NCBI GenBank assembly: GCA_030145305.1
Contig: JAQYVX010000001.1
Span: 299,357-329,356 of the forward strand
Source of the DNA: Halarcobacter sp.
GTDB lineage: Bacteria; Campylobacterota; Campylobacteria; Campylobacterales; Arcobacteraceae
Direction of reading: 5' to 3'
Length of the DNA stretch: 30,000 nt
The notes under the pieces were generated by a model, which was not told the origin of the DNA, ran no database searches, and saw only the letters and a program-made list of their open reading frames with translations. This document shows, piece by piece, positions 16,462 to 24,278 of this stretch (its first letter is position 1; every line of letters starts with the position of its first letter). Position numbers and translations under genes: made by a program.

Positions 16462-17744
16462 ATCGATTTCACCCCTTTAAATGCATCTTTCATTAGATTT
16501 ATAAATCCAACTTTCTTTAGATATGGCATAACCGTTTTTCGTAATGGTTGGCTAGGTCCGTTTACAGTAAACATTCCTTTCATAATACCAGTTGCCATTT
16601 CTGGATAATCATTAAACATACGTTTATTATCTAAGAATTCTGGTAAATCTTTATATAATTTTAAGTCTTTCATTACAAAACTATCATCTAATTCTTTTGT
16701 ATAAGAAGATAAAGAGTTTTCACTAAAATCATTTTTTTCTTTTGCCGCAAGAATTGCATTAGCAGCTGCTTCACCTGAAGCAATAGCTAAATCCATACCA
16801 CGAACTGTATATCCAACATTAAGACAAAGACCTGCTGCGTCACCTACAAGAAGAACACCATTACCAACCATTTTAGGTAACATGTTATATCCTCCTTCTG
16901 GAACTACGTGAGCAGAATACTCAACAGATTCTCCTCCTTTTACTAAAGGCTTAACACTTGGATGATTTTTAAAATCTTCTAACATTTGAGGAACACTTTT
17001 TCCAGCTTTCTCAATATTATGAAGTCCAAATACAACACCTAATGAAATAGTGTCTTCATTAGTATAAATAAATCCTCCACCCATATATCCATCAGAAGGT
17101 GTACCCGCAAAAAGCCAAGCTGTACCTTCATCATCAGTACAAGCGAAACGATCATTTACTTGTTCTTTTGTTAATTGTATAACTTCTTTAACTCCAACCG
17201 CGCAATTATGTGGAGTTACTTTTGAAACCATACCTAATTTTTCACCTAAGATAGAATTTGCACCATCAGCAAGGACAACGACATCTGCCTCCATCTCTTC
17301 ACCACCAGCAACAACTCCACAGACTTTTCCATTACGAGTTATAACATCGTCTACACGAACACCAGGAATAAGTCCAACACCGGCTTCTTCTGCCTTGTCC
17401 CCTAACCATTGATCAAATTTAGTTCTTAATACTGTATATGAACGATTTGATTTTTCATCATCCTTAGGAGCAGCATAATCCATAGTAACACTACTTTTCT
17501 CTTCCATAAAAGAAATCTTTTCATGAACAATCGCACGTTCAATAGGAGCCTCTTCTGCAAAATTTGGAAAAATTTTTTCAATACTATGAGCATAAAGCCT
17601 ACCACCAGTCATATTCTTAGACCCTGCAAAGTTTCCTCTTTCAATAATTAGAGTTTCTAAACCTGCTTTTGCAAGAATATAACCAGTAATACAACCAGCT
17701 ATTCCTCCACCTACAATAATTGCATCAAATTTTTCTTCAGCCAT
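16458..17744 (-). CDS. fixC: FAD-dependent ETF-quinone-type oxidoreductase FixC
   Basis: FDAIIVGGGIAGC dinucleotide-binding fold. 428 aa. Sits in the fixB-fixC-fixX order. Confidence 0.88.
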   Translation of the reverse strand: MAEEKFDAIIVGGGIAGCITGYILAKAGLETLIIERGNFAGSKNMTGGRLYAHSIEKIFPNFAEEAPIERAIVHEKISFMEEKSSVTMDYAAPKDDEKSNRSYTVLRTKFDQWLGDKAEEAGVGLIPGVRVDDVITRNGKVCGVVAGGEEMEADVVVLADGANSILGEKLGMVSKVTPHNCAVGVKEVIQLTKEQVNDRFACTDDEGTAWLFAGTPSDGYMGGGFIYTNEDTISLGVVFGLHNIEKAGKSVPQMLEDFKNHPSVKPLVKGGESVEYSAHVVPEGGYNMLPKMVGNGVLLVGDAAGLCLNVGYTVRGMDLAIASGEAAANAILAAKEKNDFSENSLSSYTKELDDSFVMKDLKLYKDLPEFLDNKRMFNDYPEMATGIMKGMFTVNGPSQPLRKTVMPYLKKVGFINLMKDAFKGVKSI

Positions 17745-17772
17745 AATTCTACCTTATATAAAAATTTATATA

Positions 17773-18714
17773 TTACTGTTTAAGGGCATTAATTACAGCA
17801 GGTAGAATAGTATAAAGATCCCCTACTATCCCATAATCAGCATAGTCAAAAATTGGTGCATTTTTATCTTTATTCACAGCTACAATTATCTGTGAATCTT
17901 TAGCACCTACCATATGTTGGATTTGTCCAGAAATACCAACTGCAAAATAGATTTCAGGTTTAGCCATAACACTTGAAATACCAATGTAACGTTCATGTTC
18001 CATCCATTTTTCACCTTCTGCTATAGGTCTTGAACATCCTAATTCTGCATCGAATAAAGAACAAAGTTCTTCTGCAATTTTAATATCTTCTTCTTTTGCA
18101 ATACCACGTCCAATTGCAACAATACGTTTTGCTTTATTTAAATCAACACTACTTCCTTCTTTAGGAAGTCTATTAATACATTTAACACCACTATTGTTTT
18201 CAACAAAATCTACAACTTTAGCTTCACCAGATTTAGAAGTATCAATCTCTTTTCCTTCATATAATCCACCTGATATTACAGCAATAGAAACATTTGTTTT
18301 TATTAATTCTTCACTAATTGCTAATCCACCATATGCTAAATGTTTACATTTAACACCAGCTTCATCAATCTCAATATTAGATACTTCTGTTACAACACCA
18401 GCGTTTAATTCAGCACCAAGTAATGAAGCTAATGCTTTACATCTTTTTGTTCCTGGCATTAATACTAATGATTTACCTTCACTTGCTGCAATAACTTTTG
18501 CAATAGTTTTAGAATAACTTTCTATGATTTTACTAGAATCATATTCTCCTAGATTATAAACTTCATTTGCTCCATAAGCATATGCATCTGACACTTGTTC
18601 AGAACCAATAACTAATGCAGAAACATTTTCTCCTAATTCTAAACCTCCAGCTATTACTTCTGGTAAACGTGCAGAGGTATCACTAAAAACCCATATATTT
18701 GATAACTTACTCAT
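17773..18714 (-). CDS. fixB: Electron transfer flavoprotein alpha subunit FixB
   Basis: The C-terminal FAD-binding region reads PEIYFAVGISGQIQHMVG...IVAVNKDKNAPIF. Length 313 aa. Confidence 0.88.
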   Translation of the reverse strand: MSKLSNIWVFSDTSARLPEVIAGGLELGENVSALVIGSEQVSDAYAYGANEVYNLGEYDSSKIIESYSKTIAKVIAASEGKSLVLMPGTKRCKALASLLGAELNAGVVTEVSNIEIDEAGVKCKHLAYGGLAISEELIKTNVSIAVISGGLYEGKEIDTSKSGEAKVVDFVENNSGVKCINRLPKEGSSVDLNKAKRIVAIGRGIAKEEDIKIAEELCSLFDAELGCSRPIAEGEKWMEHERYIGISSVMAKPEIYFAVGISGQIQHMVGAKDSQIIVAVNKDKNAPIFDYADYGIVGDLYTILPAVINALKQ

Positions 18715-18729
18715 TCTATCCTCCGACTA

Positions 18730-19488
18730 TTAAATAATTTTTCGTAAATGACTAACAAACTCAGAAATTTTATCATCTGAGTCACCTTCGATAATAATAT
18801 GTTGTCGTTCTTTTTTCTTAGGTGCTTTAATATCAACAAGCTCCACTAAATCTTGATTATCTTCTTCACTACTCATAGTATTAACAGGTTTTTTACCTGC
18901 TCCAATAATAGCTTTCATTCCAGGAATTGAAGGTTGATTAATATCAGCAGAAACAGAAATTACAGCTGGTAAAGAAACTTCTAAAACTTCAATTTCGTTT
19001 TCTAAAGCTCTTTCTACTACTAATTTATCTTCTTCAACAGATACAATTTTAGATACTGAGTTAACAACTGATACATTTAAAATAGCTCCAAGTCTAACAC
19101 CTGTTTGCTGTGCATAAATATCACCAGAACCGTCACCACAAAGAATTAAATCAAAACCAACATTTTTTGCAGTTTCAGCAAAAATTTTTGCTGTTTGATG
19201 TGGTAAAATATTTTCATATTTTTCATCACTTACAATAACTAATTCATCTGGTCCACGAGATAGCATATCTTTTCGTGATTTTACATTATCAAGAGATTTC
19301 CCCCCAATACTTACCGCACAAATAGTAGATTCTGCATTATTTTTTTTGATTTCAACTGCTGCTTCAATAGCATTAAGGTCAAATTGACTTATTTTTGGTG
19401 ATGCCTTACTAGTATCAAGACTACCATCATTATTAACTTTAATATCTTGATCTTCGGGTACTAACTTACACCCAACTAAAATTTTCAT
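18730..19488 (-). CDS. fixA: Electron transfer flavoprotein beta subunit FixA
   Basis: ETF-beta features are present: MKILVGCKLVPE, NAIEAAVEIK and LILCGDGSGD. Length 252 aa. Confidence 0.88.
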   Translation of the reverse strand: MKILVGCKLVPEDQDIKVNNDGSLDTSKASPKISQFDLNAIEAAVEIKKNNAESTICAVSIGGKSLDNVKSRKDMLSRGPDELVIVSDEKYENILPHQTAKIFAETAKNVGFDLILCGDGSGDIYAQQTGVRLGAILNVSVVNSVSKIVSVEEDKLVVERALENEIEVLEVSLPAVISVSADINQPSIPGMKAIIGAGKKPVNTMSSEEDNQDLVELVDIKAPKKKERQHIIIEGDSDDKISEFVSHLRKII

Positions 19489-19542
19489 TTAGATCTCCTT
19501 CCAATTCTTAATTTTTACTTTCATAATCTAATCAGATTTAAA

Positions 19543-19596
19543 AAATCATGATTTATTTATAATCAGAATATTACACTAATCATGATTACTTGTCAA
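19543..19596 (-). promoter_or_regulatory. fixA promoter with one operator inside the spacer and one downstream
   Basis: On the minus strand: TTGACA (19591-19596), a 17-nt spacer, then TAATAT (19568-19573). TAATCATGATTA (19577-19588) lies within the spacer and AAATCATGATTT (19543-19554) lies downstream. Confidence 0.6.
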
Positions 19597-19660
19597 GGAT
19601 TTTACTTAATTTATTTAACATTAATTAAAATTTAATATTAATTTAAGTTTTGTGGGTAAT

Positions 19661-20539
19661 TTATCTATATCTTTTTAATATCGTATGGTACATTGCATTA
19701 GCAAATATTTTATTAGTTGTATAACTAAAATGCCATTCATCCCAAAAATAATACTCACTTTCATCACCAGAAGAAGTCATAATTTCAGGGTAAGTACTTT
19801 GATACTCTTTTGTTAATACTTTTAAATCATATTTATTAGGATTTTGTACAATATCATTACTTACAGAAGTATGATCAAATTCGATTATTGATACATTTAA
19901 TTCATTTTGCAACTCTTTTAAATTTCTTGGAAGATTTTCATTAACAATTTTTACAAACTCTTTTGCAGAATTTATTCTATTCATAGTATTTTCATAAGGA
20001 ACAAGAGATAAATCACTACAATTTACAACAAAAAACTTTTTGCCACCAATTTTTGCTAGTTTTTTTATAGCATTCTTTATATTATCAATTACAGTATAAG
20101 CTAACTCTTCAATACTTCCTTGTTTGTTGAAATCCATATATGCAAAATAGTCATTTTCAGAAGCAAAAATAAAATAAAGAGTATTTGAATCTATTTCATT
20201 TGTAGATAAATTCTTTTCAAATCTATCAATTTGTCCTAGCACTCCTGTATCACCTAAATAATCCATCCAGTCTGTATAATTTTCTTTACCAGAAGTTGCA
20301 CCACCTGTTGCATAACTTACTAAGTTTACATCAAGTCTTTTTGCTAATAATTCAACAGCTGCATACCCATTTGAATATCTTCCATTCCAATATAATCCTT
20401 CTGTTGGTTTTAAAAACGCATCTTTTGGACTATTTTCTTTAGATAAAATTGTTGAAGATATTCTTCTTGCTTCTCCATTATCTGAATAACTATTACCAAA
20501 TGCAATTACTTGACTTATTTTATTTTCATTTTTTGACAT
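19661..20539 (-). CDS. SGNH/GDSL-family esterase/lipase with no signal peptide
   Basis: Block I is AFGNSYSDNG, block II-like is NGRYSNG, and block V is FWDEWH (D-x-x-H). AAGGAAA RBS. Located 19 nt downstream of ribA. Confidence 0.75.
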   Translation of the reverse strand: MSKNENKISQVIAFGNSYSDNGEARRISSTILSKENSPKDAFLKPTEGLYWNGRYSNGYAAVELLAKRLDVNLVSYATGGATSGKENYTDWMDYLGDTGVLGQIDRFEKNLSTNEIDSNTLYFIFASENDYFAYMDFNKQGSIEELAYTVIDNIKNAIKKLAKIGGKKFFVVNCSDLSLVPYENTMNRINSAKEFVKIVNENLPRNLKELQNELNVSIIEFDHTSVSNDIVQNPNKYDLKVLTKEYQSTYPEIMTSSGDESEYYFWDEWHFSYTTNKIFANAMYHTILKRYR

Positions 20540-20558
20540 AAATTTTCCTTTTTATTAA

Positions 20559-21164
20559 TTAAAGAAGATGACCCATTTGTTCTTTTTTTGTTTTAAGATA
20601 TTCAGCATTATATTTATTACTTGAGATAATTATGGGTAGTCTTTTAATAATATCAACACCCTTTATTGAGTTTATTTTCTTAGGATTATTAGTAAGTAAA
20701 TTTATTTTTTTGATATTATAATATGAAAGTATAAACTCGACAACTTGGTATGAGCGTTCATCTGCTTTAAATCCTAATTGATGATTAGCTTGAATTGTGT
20801 CATATCCTTGATCTTGCAAAGCATAAGCATTAACTTTATTAAACAATCCTATATCTCTGCCCTCTTGTCTTAAATAAATTACCATGCCTTTCTCTTCAAA
20901 TATAGTTTTCAAAGAATAATCAAGTTGTTCACCACAATCACATTTTAACGAGCCAAAAGCATCTCCTGTTAAACATTCACTATGAATACGAATTGTTGGT
21001 ATTTCAGTCATCTCTTTTGAAGATACAACCAAATGTTCTTTGTAACCTTCTTGAAAAGATTGAATATTAAATGTTCCAAAAGATGTAGGTAAGTTTGCAA
21101 TATTTGAAACTTTTATTTCTGCGTTTTGTTTTATTGTGCGTATAGTCATTTTATCAACTCTCAT
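20559..21164 (-). CDS. ribA: GTP cyclohydrolase II
   Basis: IHSECLTGDAFGSLKCDCGEQL zinc-site motif and YLRQEGRDIGL. An alternative start exists at M6 (21149). Confidence 0.9.
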   Translation of the reverse strand: MRVDKMTIRTIKQNAEIKVSNIANLPTSFGTFNIQSFQEGYKEHLVVSSKEMTEIPTIRIHSECLTGDAFGSLKCDCGEQLDYSLKTIFEEKGMVIYLRQEGRDIGLFNKVNAYALQDQGYDTIQANHQLGFKADERSYQVVEFILSYYNIKKINLLTNNPKKINSIKGVDIIKRLPIIISSNKYNAEYLKTKKEQMGHLL

Positions 21165-21244
21165 TCTTAAATTTAAAAACTAGCATAAATGAGTTTTGTT
21201 TAATAAAAATATTTCAATTATAGCAAGTCTATTTTTTATCACGT

Positions 21245-21273
21245 ATTATAAAATAATCATGATTATTTGTCAA
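21245..21273 (-). promoter_or_regulatory. ribA promoter with an 18-bp perfect palindrome filling the spacer
   Basis: On the minus strand: TTGACA (21268-21273), a 17-nt spacer, then TATAAT (21245-21250). AAATAATCATGATTATTT spans 21251-21268. A half-site-like ATCACGTAT lies just downstream (about 21237-21245). Confidence 0.6.
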
Positions 21274-21388
21274 GAATTTTAATGAATCTTAGTTTTTAAA
21301 ATTTATTTTTTTTAGAAGATTTTATTTTATTTATACCTATTTTATATATAATTAGTTTGAAAATAGAATAAAACTTAGGAAAATTATT

Positions 21389-22345
21389 ATGAATGTTGTC
21401 GTTATTGGAGCTGGTGGAATAGGAGCTTTTTATGGAATGCTAATGCATAAAGTTGGTTGTAATGTGAAATTTATTGCAAGAGGGGCAAACCTTGAATACC
21501 TAAAAAACAATAAAATGAAAGTAACTCATCTAGATTATACTATTGAAGATAAGATTGAAACCTATGGCATTGATGAATTTATAGAAACTTGTGTACCTGA
21601 AGAAATTGATGCAATAATTATAGCTACAAAAGCCATGTCTACAGAAGCAATCTCAAAAAAACTTGCCACTTGGACTAAAGATGCATCTAAAATTCCATAT
21701 TATATTTCTTTACAAAATGGGGTTGAAAATGAAGATATAATGAAACAGTATTATAATGAAGAGTATGTAATTGGTGGAATTACTAGACTTATTGTATCTC
21801 ATCTTGTGTCATTAGGACATGTTCATTGTGAAGGAGAAGTTCAAACACTAATTGGAGCTATAATTAAAAATGAAGAAAATAATAAATTTTTAAAAGAGCT
21901 AAAAAAAGTTTTAGATAAAACAAAAACAAGCACTTTTATTTGTGAAGATATTAAATTAGAATTATGGAATAAATTAATTATTAATAATGGAGTAAATGCT
22001 ATTTGTGCCTTAGTTCAAGAAGAATCAGGGCCATTAATAAAAAATAAAAAAACAGCTAAATTAATATATGGATTGATGAGTGAAGCAGCAAAAGCCGCAA
22101 ATGCAGCAGGTGTTAATCTTAGACAAGAGGATGCAAATAAAATGTTTGAGTTAATGACAAGTTTTCAGTCTGTAAAACCATCAATGTGGGTTGATACTGA
22201 AAATAATCGAGATTTAGAACTTGATGAAATTTGTGGAGTTGTAATTAAAAATTGTGAAAAGCTAGGAGTTGATGCTCCATATACAAGAGCAATTTCAACT
22301 ATACTTGAATTTACTTACAATAAGAAAAGAAAACAATTATCTTAG
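21389..22345 (+). CDS. panE: 2-dehydropantoate 2-reductase (ketopantoate reductase, ApbA/PanE family)
   Basis: N-terminal VVIGAGGIGAFYG Rossmann motif. C-terminal VKPSMWVDTENNRDLELDEICGVV matches the K-x-S-M...E-x-D signature. Confidence 0.8.
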   Translation: MNVVVIGAGGIGAFYGMLMHKVGCNVKFIARGANLEYLKNNKMKVTHLDYTIEDKIETYGIDEFIETCVPEEIDAIIIATKAMSTEAISKKLATWTKDASKIPYYISLQNGVENEDIMKQYYNEEYVIGGITRLIVSHLVSLGHVHCEGEVQTLIGAIIKNEENNKFLKELKKVLDKTKTSTFICEDIKLELWNKLIINNGVNAICALVQEESGPLIKNKKTAKLIYGLMSEAAKAANAAGVNLRQEDANKMFELMTSFQSVKPSMWVDTENNRDLELDEICGVVIKNCEKLGVDAPYTRAISTILEFTYNKKRKQLS

Positions 22346-22360
22346 GTGAAATTTTTAGCT

Positions 22361-22414
22361 AAAAAAAAAGCTTCTAGATAAAAGAACTAATGTTCAAATA
22401 TCTAAAAGCTTTTT
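22361..22414. terminator. Putative bidirectional hairpin between panE and the tRNA genes
   Basis: A8-AGCTTCTAGATA-(18 nt)-TATCTAAAAGCT-TTTT. The 12-bp stem has one mismatch and the loop is large. Confidence 0.4.
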
Positions 22415-22415
22415 A

Positions 22416-22490
22416 TGGCTCCGGCACCTGGATTCGAACCAGGGACCAAATGATTAACAGTCATCTACTCTACCGCTGAGCTATGCCGGA
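22416..22490 (-). tRNA. tRNA-Asn (GTT), copy 2 of a tandem pair
   Basis: 75 nt folded by hand. Acceptor TCCGGCA/TGCCGGA, anticodon loop CTGTTAA, T-loop TTCGAAT, and an encoded CCA. Confidence 0.93.
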
Positions 22491-22525
22491 ATTTGTATAT
22501 TGTAAGATTTAAAATTGAAGCTAAA

Positions 22526-22600
22526 TGGCTCCGGCACCTGGATTCGAACCAGGGACCAAATGATTAACAGTCATCTACTCTACCGCTGAGCTATGCCGGA
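22526..22600 (-). tRNA. tRNA-Asn (GTT), copy 1
   Basis: Sequence identical to 22416-22490, with a 35-nt spacer between the copies. Confidence 0.93.
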
Positions 22601-22628
22601 ATCTATCTTCATTCTTAAATAGGACGGA

Positions 22629-22657
22629 ATTATATATAAAAAAATACTTTTTGTCAA
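22629..22657 (-). promoter_or_regulatory. Consensus sigma70-type promoter for the tRNA-Asn pair
   Basis: On the minus strand: TTGACA (22652-22657), a 17-nt spacer, then TATAAT (22629-22634), about 28 nt upstream of the tRNA 5' end. No AATCATGATT element is present. Confidence 0.7.
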
Positions 22658-22705
22658 GGCAATTTTGATTTTTTATGTTAAAAAAACCAAAATTGCAATA
22701 TTTTA

Positions 22706-23743
22706 TTATTTCTTAGAAACTCTTTTACATTCACTCACAAAATGAATAGCATTTTCAACTGGAACATCTGGTAAAATACCATGTCCTAAATTAAAGATAT
22801 GCCCCTCACCTTGCATTGTTTCTTGAATTTTCTCTACACATTTTGTAGTTTCTTCTTTTGAATATAATCTGCAAGGTTCCATATTCCCTTGAAGAACATA
22901 TTTATCTCCAAGTTTTGCTTTTGCCATAGACATTGGAGTTCCCCAATCTACACCAAATACATCAAAGTTTCCATAAACTCCATCCATATTAATAAATGCA
23001 GATACACCTTTTGGGAACATTATTATTGGAGTTTCTGGGTATTTTTCTTTTATATAATCAGCTATCTCAACCATATATTTCCATGAAAATTCATTATATC
23101 GTCCAGGTTCTATTGCAGCAGCCCATGAGTCAAAGATTTGAACAACATCAGCACCTGCTTCAATTTGTTTTATCATATAGAATTTTACTACTTCTGTTAC
23201 TTTTCTAAGAATTTTATGTAAAAGTTCAGGATTTGAATACATCATTTTTTTACAAAGATTATAAGTCTTAGTCCCTTGACCTTCAATCATATATGTAGCA
23301 AGAGTCCAAGGAGCACCTGTAAATCCAATAAGAGCCTTATCTTCTGGTAATCTTTCTTTTAAAAGTTTGATTGTATCATATACATATGTAAGTTTATCAG
23401 CAGCAGCTTCACCACCAAGTAAAGCATCAATATCAGCTTCGCTTACAATAGGATCTTTAAAAATTGGACCTTCACCTTTAATAAACTCTAAGTGCATTCC
23501 CATTTCATTAGGGATTACTAAAATATCAGAAAATAAAATTGCAGCGTCAACTCCCACTATATCAAGTGGTTGAATTGTAACTTCACAAGCTTTTTCTGGA
23601 TTATGACAAAGGTTTAAAAAGTTTCCAGCTTCTGCTCTAACTTTCATATACTCAGGAAGGTATCTTCCTGCTTGTCTCATCATCCATACAGGAGTATAAG
23701 GAGTTTCTTTTCTTAGACATGCATCTACAAATATTTTTGACAT
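22706..23743 (-). CDS. hemE: Uroporphyrinogen decarboxylase
   Basis: N-terminal [15 protein letters not shown], plus FDSWA and a C-terminal [10 protein letters not shown]. Confidence 0.93.
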   Translation of the reverse strand: MSKIFVDACLRKETPYTPVWMMRQAGRYLPEYMKVRAEAGNFLNLCHNPEKACEVTIQPLDIVGVDAAILFSDILVIPNEMGMHLEFIKGEGPIFKDPIVSEADIDALLGGEAAADKLTYVYDTIKLLKERLPEDKALIGFTGAPWTLATYMIEGQGTKTYNLCKKMMYSNPELLHKILRKVTEVVKFYMIKQIEAGADVVQIFDSWAAAIEPGRYNEFSWKYMVEIADYIKEKYPETPIIMFPKGVSAFINMDGVYGNFDVFGVDWGTPMSMAKAKLGDKYVLQGNMEPCRLYSKEETTKCVEKIQETMQGEGHIFNLGHGILPDVPVENAIHFVSECKRVSKK

Positions 23744-23765
23744 TTATAACCTTTTTTTAATCTTT

Positions 23766-24278
23766 TTATTTTTTTCCAACTTTTCCTAAGAAGAAAAGTC
23801 CAATGGCTATTACCATTATTGATAATGCAAAATATAACATTTCTAAAGCTGTTGTATATTTCATATGTAATACTCTTTGAAAAAATCCAACTACAAGTAC
23901 CATAATAATTACTTTTGCTATTTTGTCTTTTAATTGGTCAAGAGAAGAAATAGCAAGTATGTTATTTCCTACCTCTTTATTTTCTGCTGCTTCTATTTTA
24001 GATATAAATAATTCATATATTCCAAATGCAAAAATTAACATAACAATCGCAATAAGGTACAAATCAACTGCACCAATTATTTTACTCACGATAACTTCAT
24101 GAAAGTCTTTTGGATGTAGAGCATTTACATATACATTAAAAGTATAAGTTAATACTTCATAAATATCAACAGAGGCTACAATAAATAAAATTACTGAGCC
24201 AATAAGACCAAAGACAACAGCTAGAAGAATAAATAATCTAGACTTCCACATCAAACTTTCAAAAAGTTTTTCTATCAT
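23766..24278 (-). CDS. yqhA: YqhA/UPF0114-family inner-membrane protein
   Basis: 170 aa with four hydrophobic segments and the UPF0114-like N-terminus LFESLMWKSRLFILLAVVFGL. Its ATG shares one base with the asd stop (TAATG). Confidence 0.65.
   Translation of the reverse strand: MIEKLFESLMWKSRLFILLAVVFGLIGSVILFIVASVDIYEVLTYTFNVYVNALHPKDFHEVIVSKIIGAVDLYLIAIVMLIFAFGIYELFISKIEAAENKEVGNNILAISSLDQLKDKIAKVIIMVLVVGFFQRVLHMKYTTALEMLYFALSIMVIAIGLFFLGKVGKK

Noticed and set aside
18194-18517. 107-aa plus-strand ORF
   Set aside because: It is antisense to fixB.
3479-21164. Calling the cai/fix block a mobile genomic island
   Set aside because: No integrase, transposase, IS ends, flanking direct repeats or tRNA-fragment att sites are visible. 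Only a qualitative compositional contrast and the nearby tRNA-Asn genes hint at it, which is insufficient.
12683-21273. Interpretation of the AATCATGATT motif as a classical Fur box
   Set aside because: It shares ATAATCAT with the Fur consensus, but its symmetry is ATAATC-AT-GATTAT (diverging half-sites around CATG) rather than TGATAAT-N-ATTATCA. Holo-Fur repression of Fe-S/flavoprotein respiratory genes would also be physiologically odd. It is kept only as an alternative to test.
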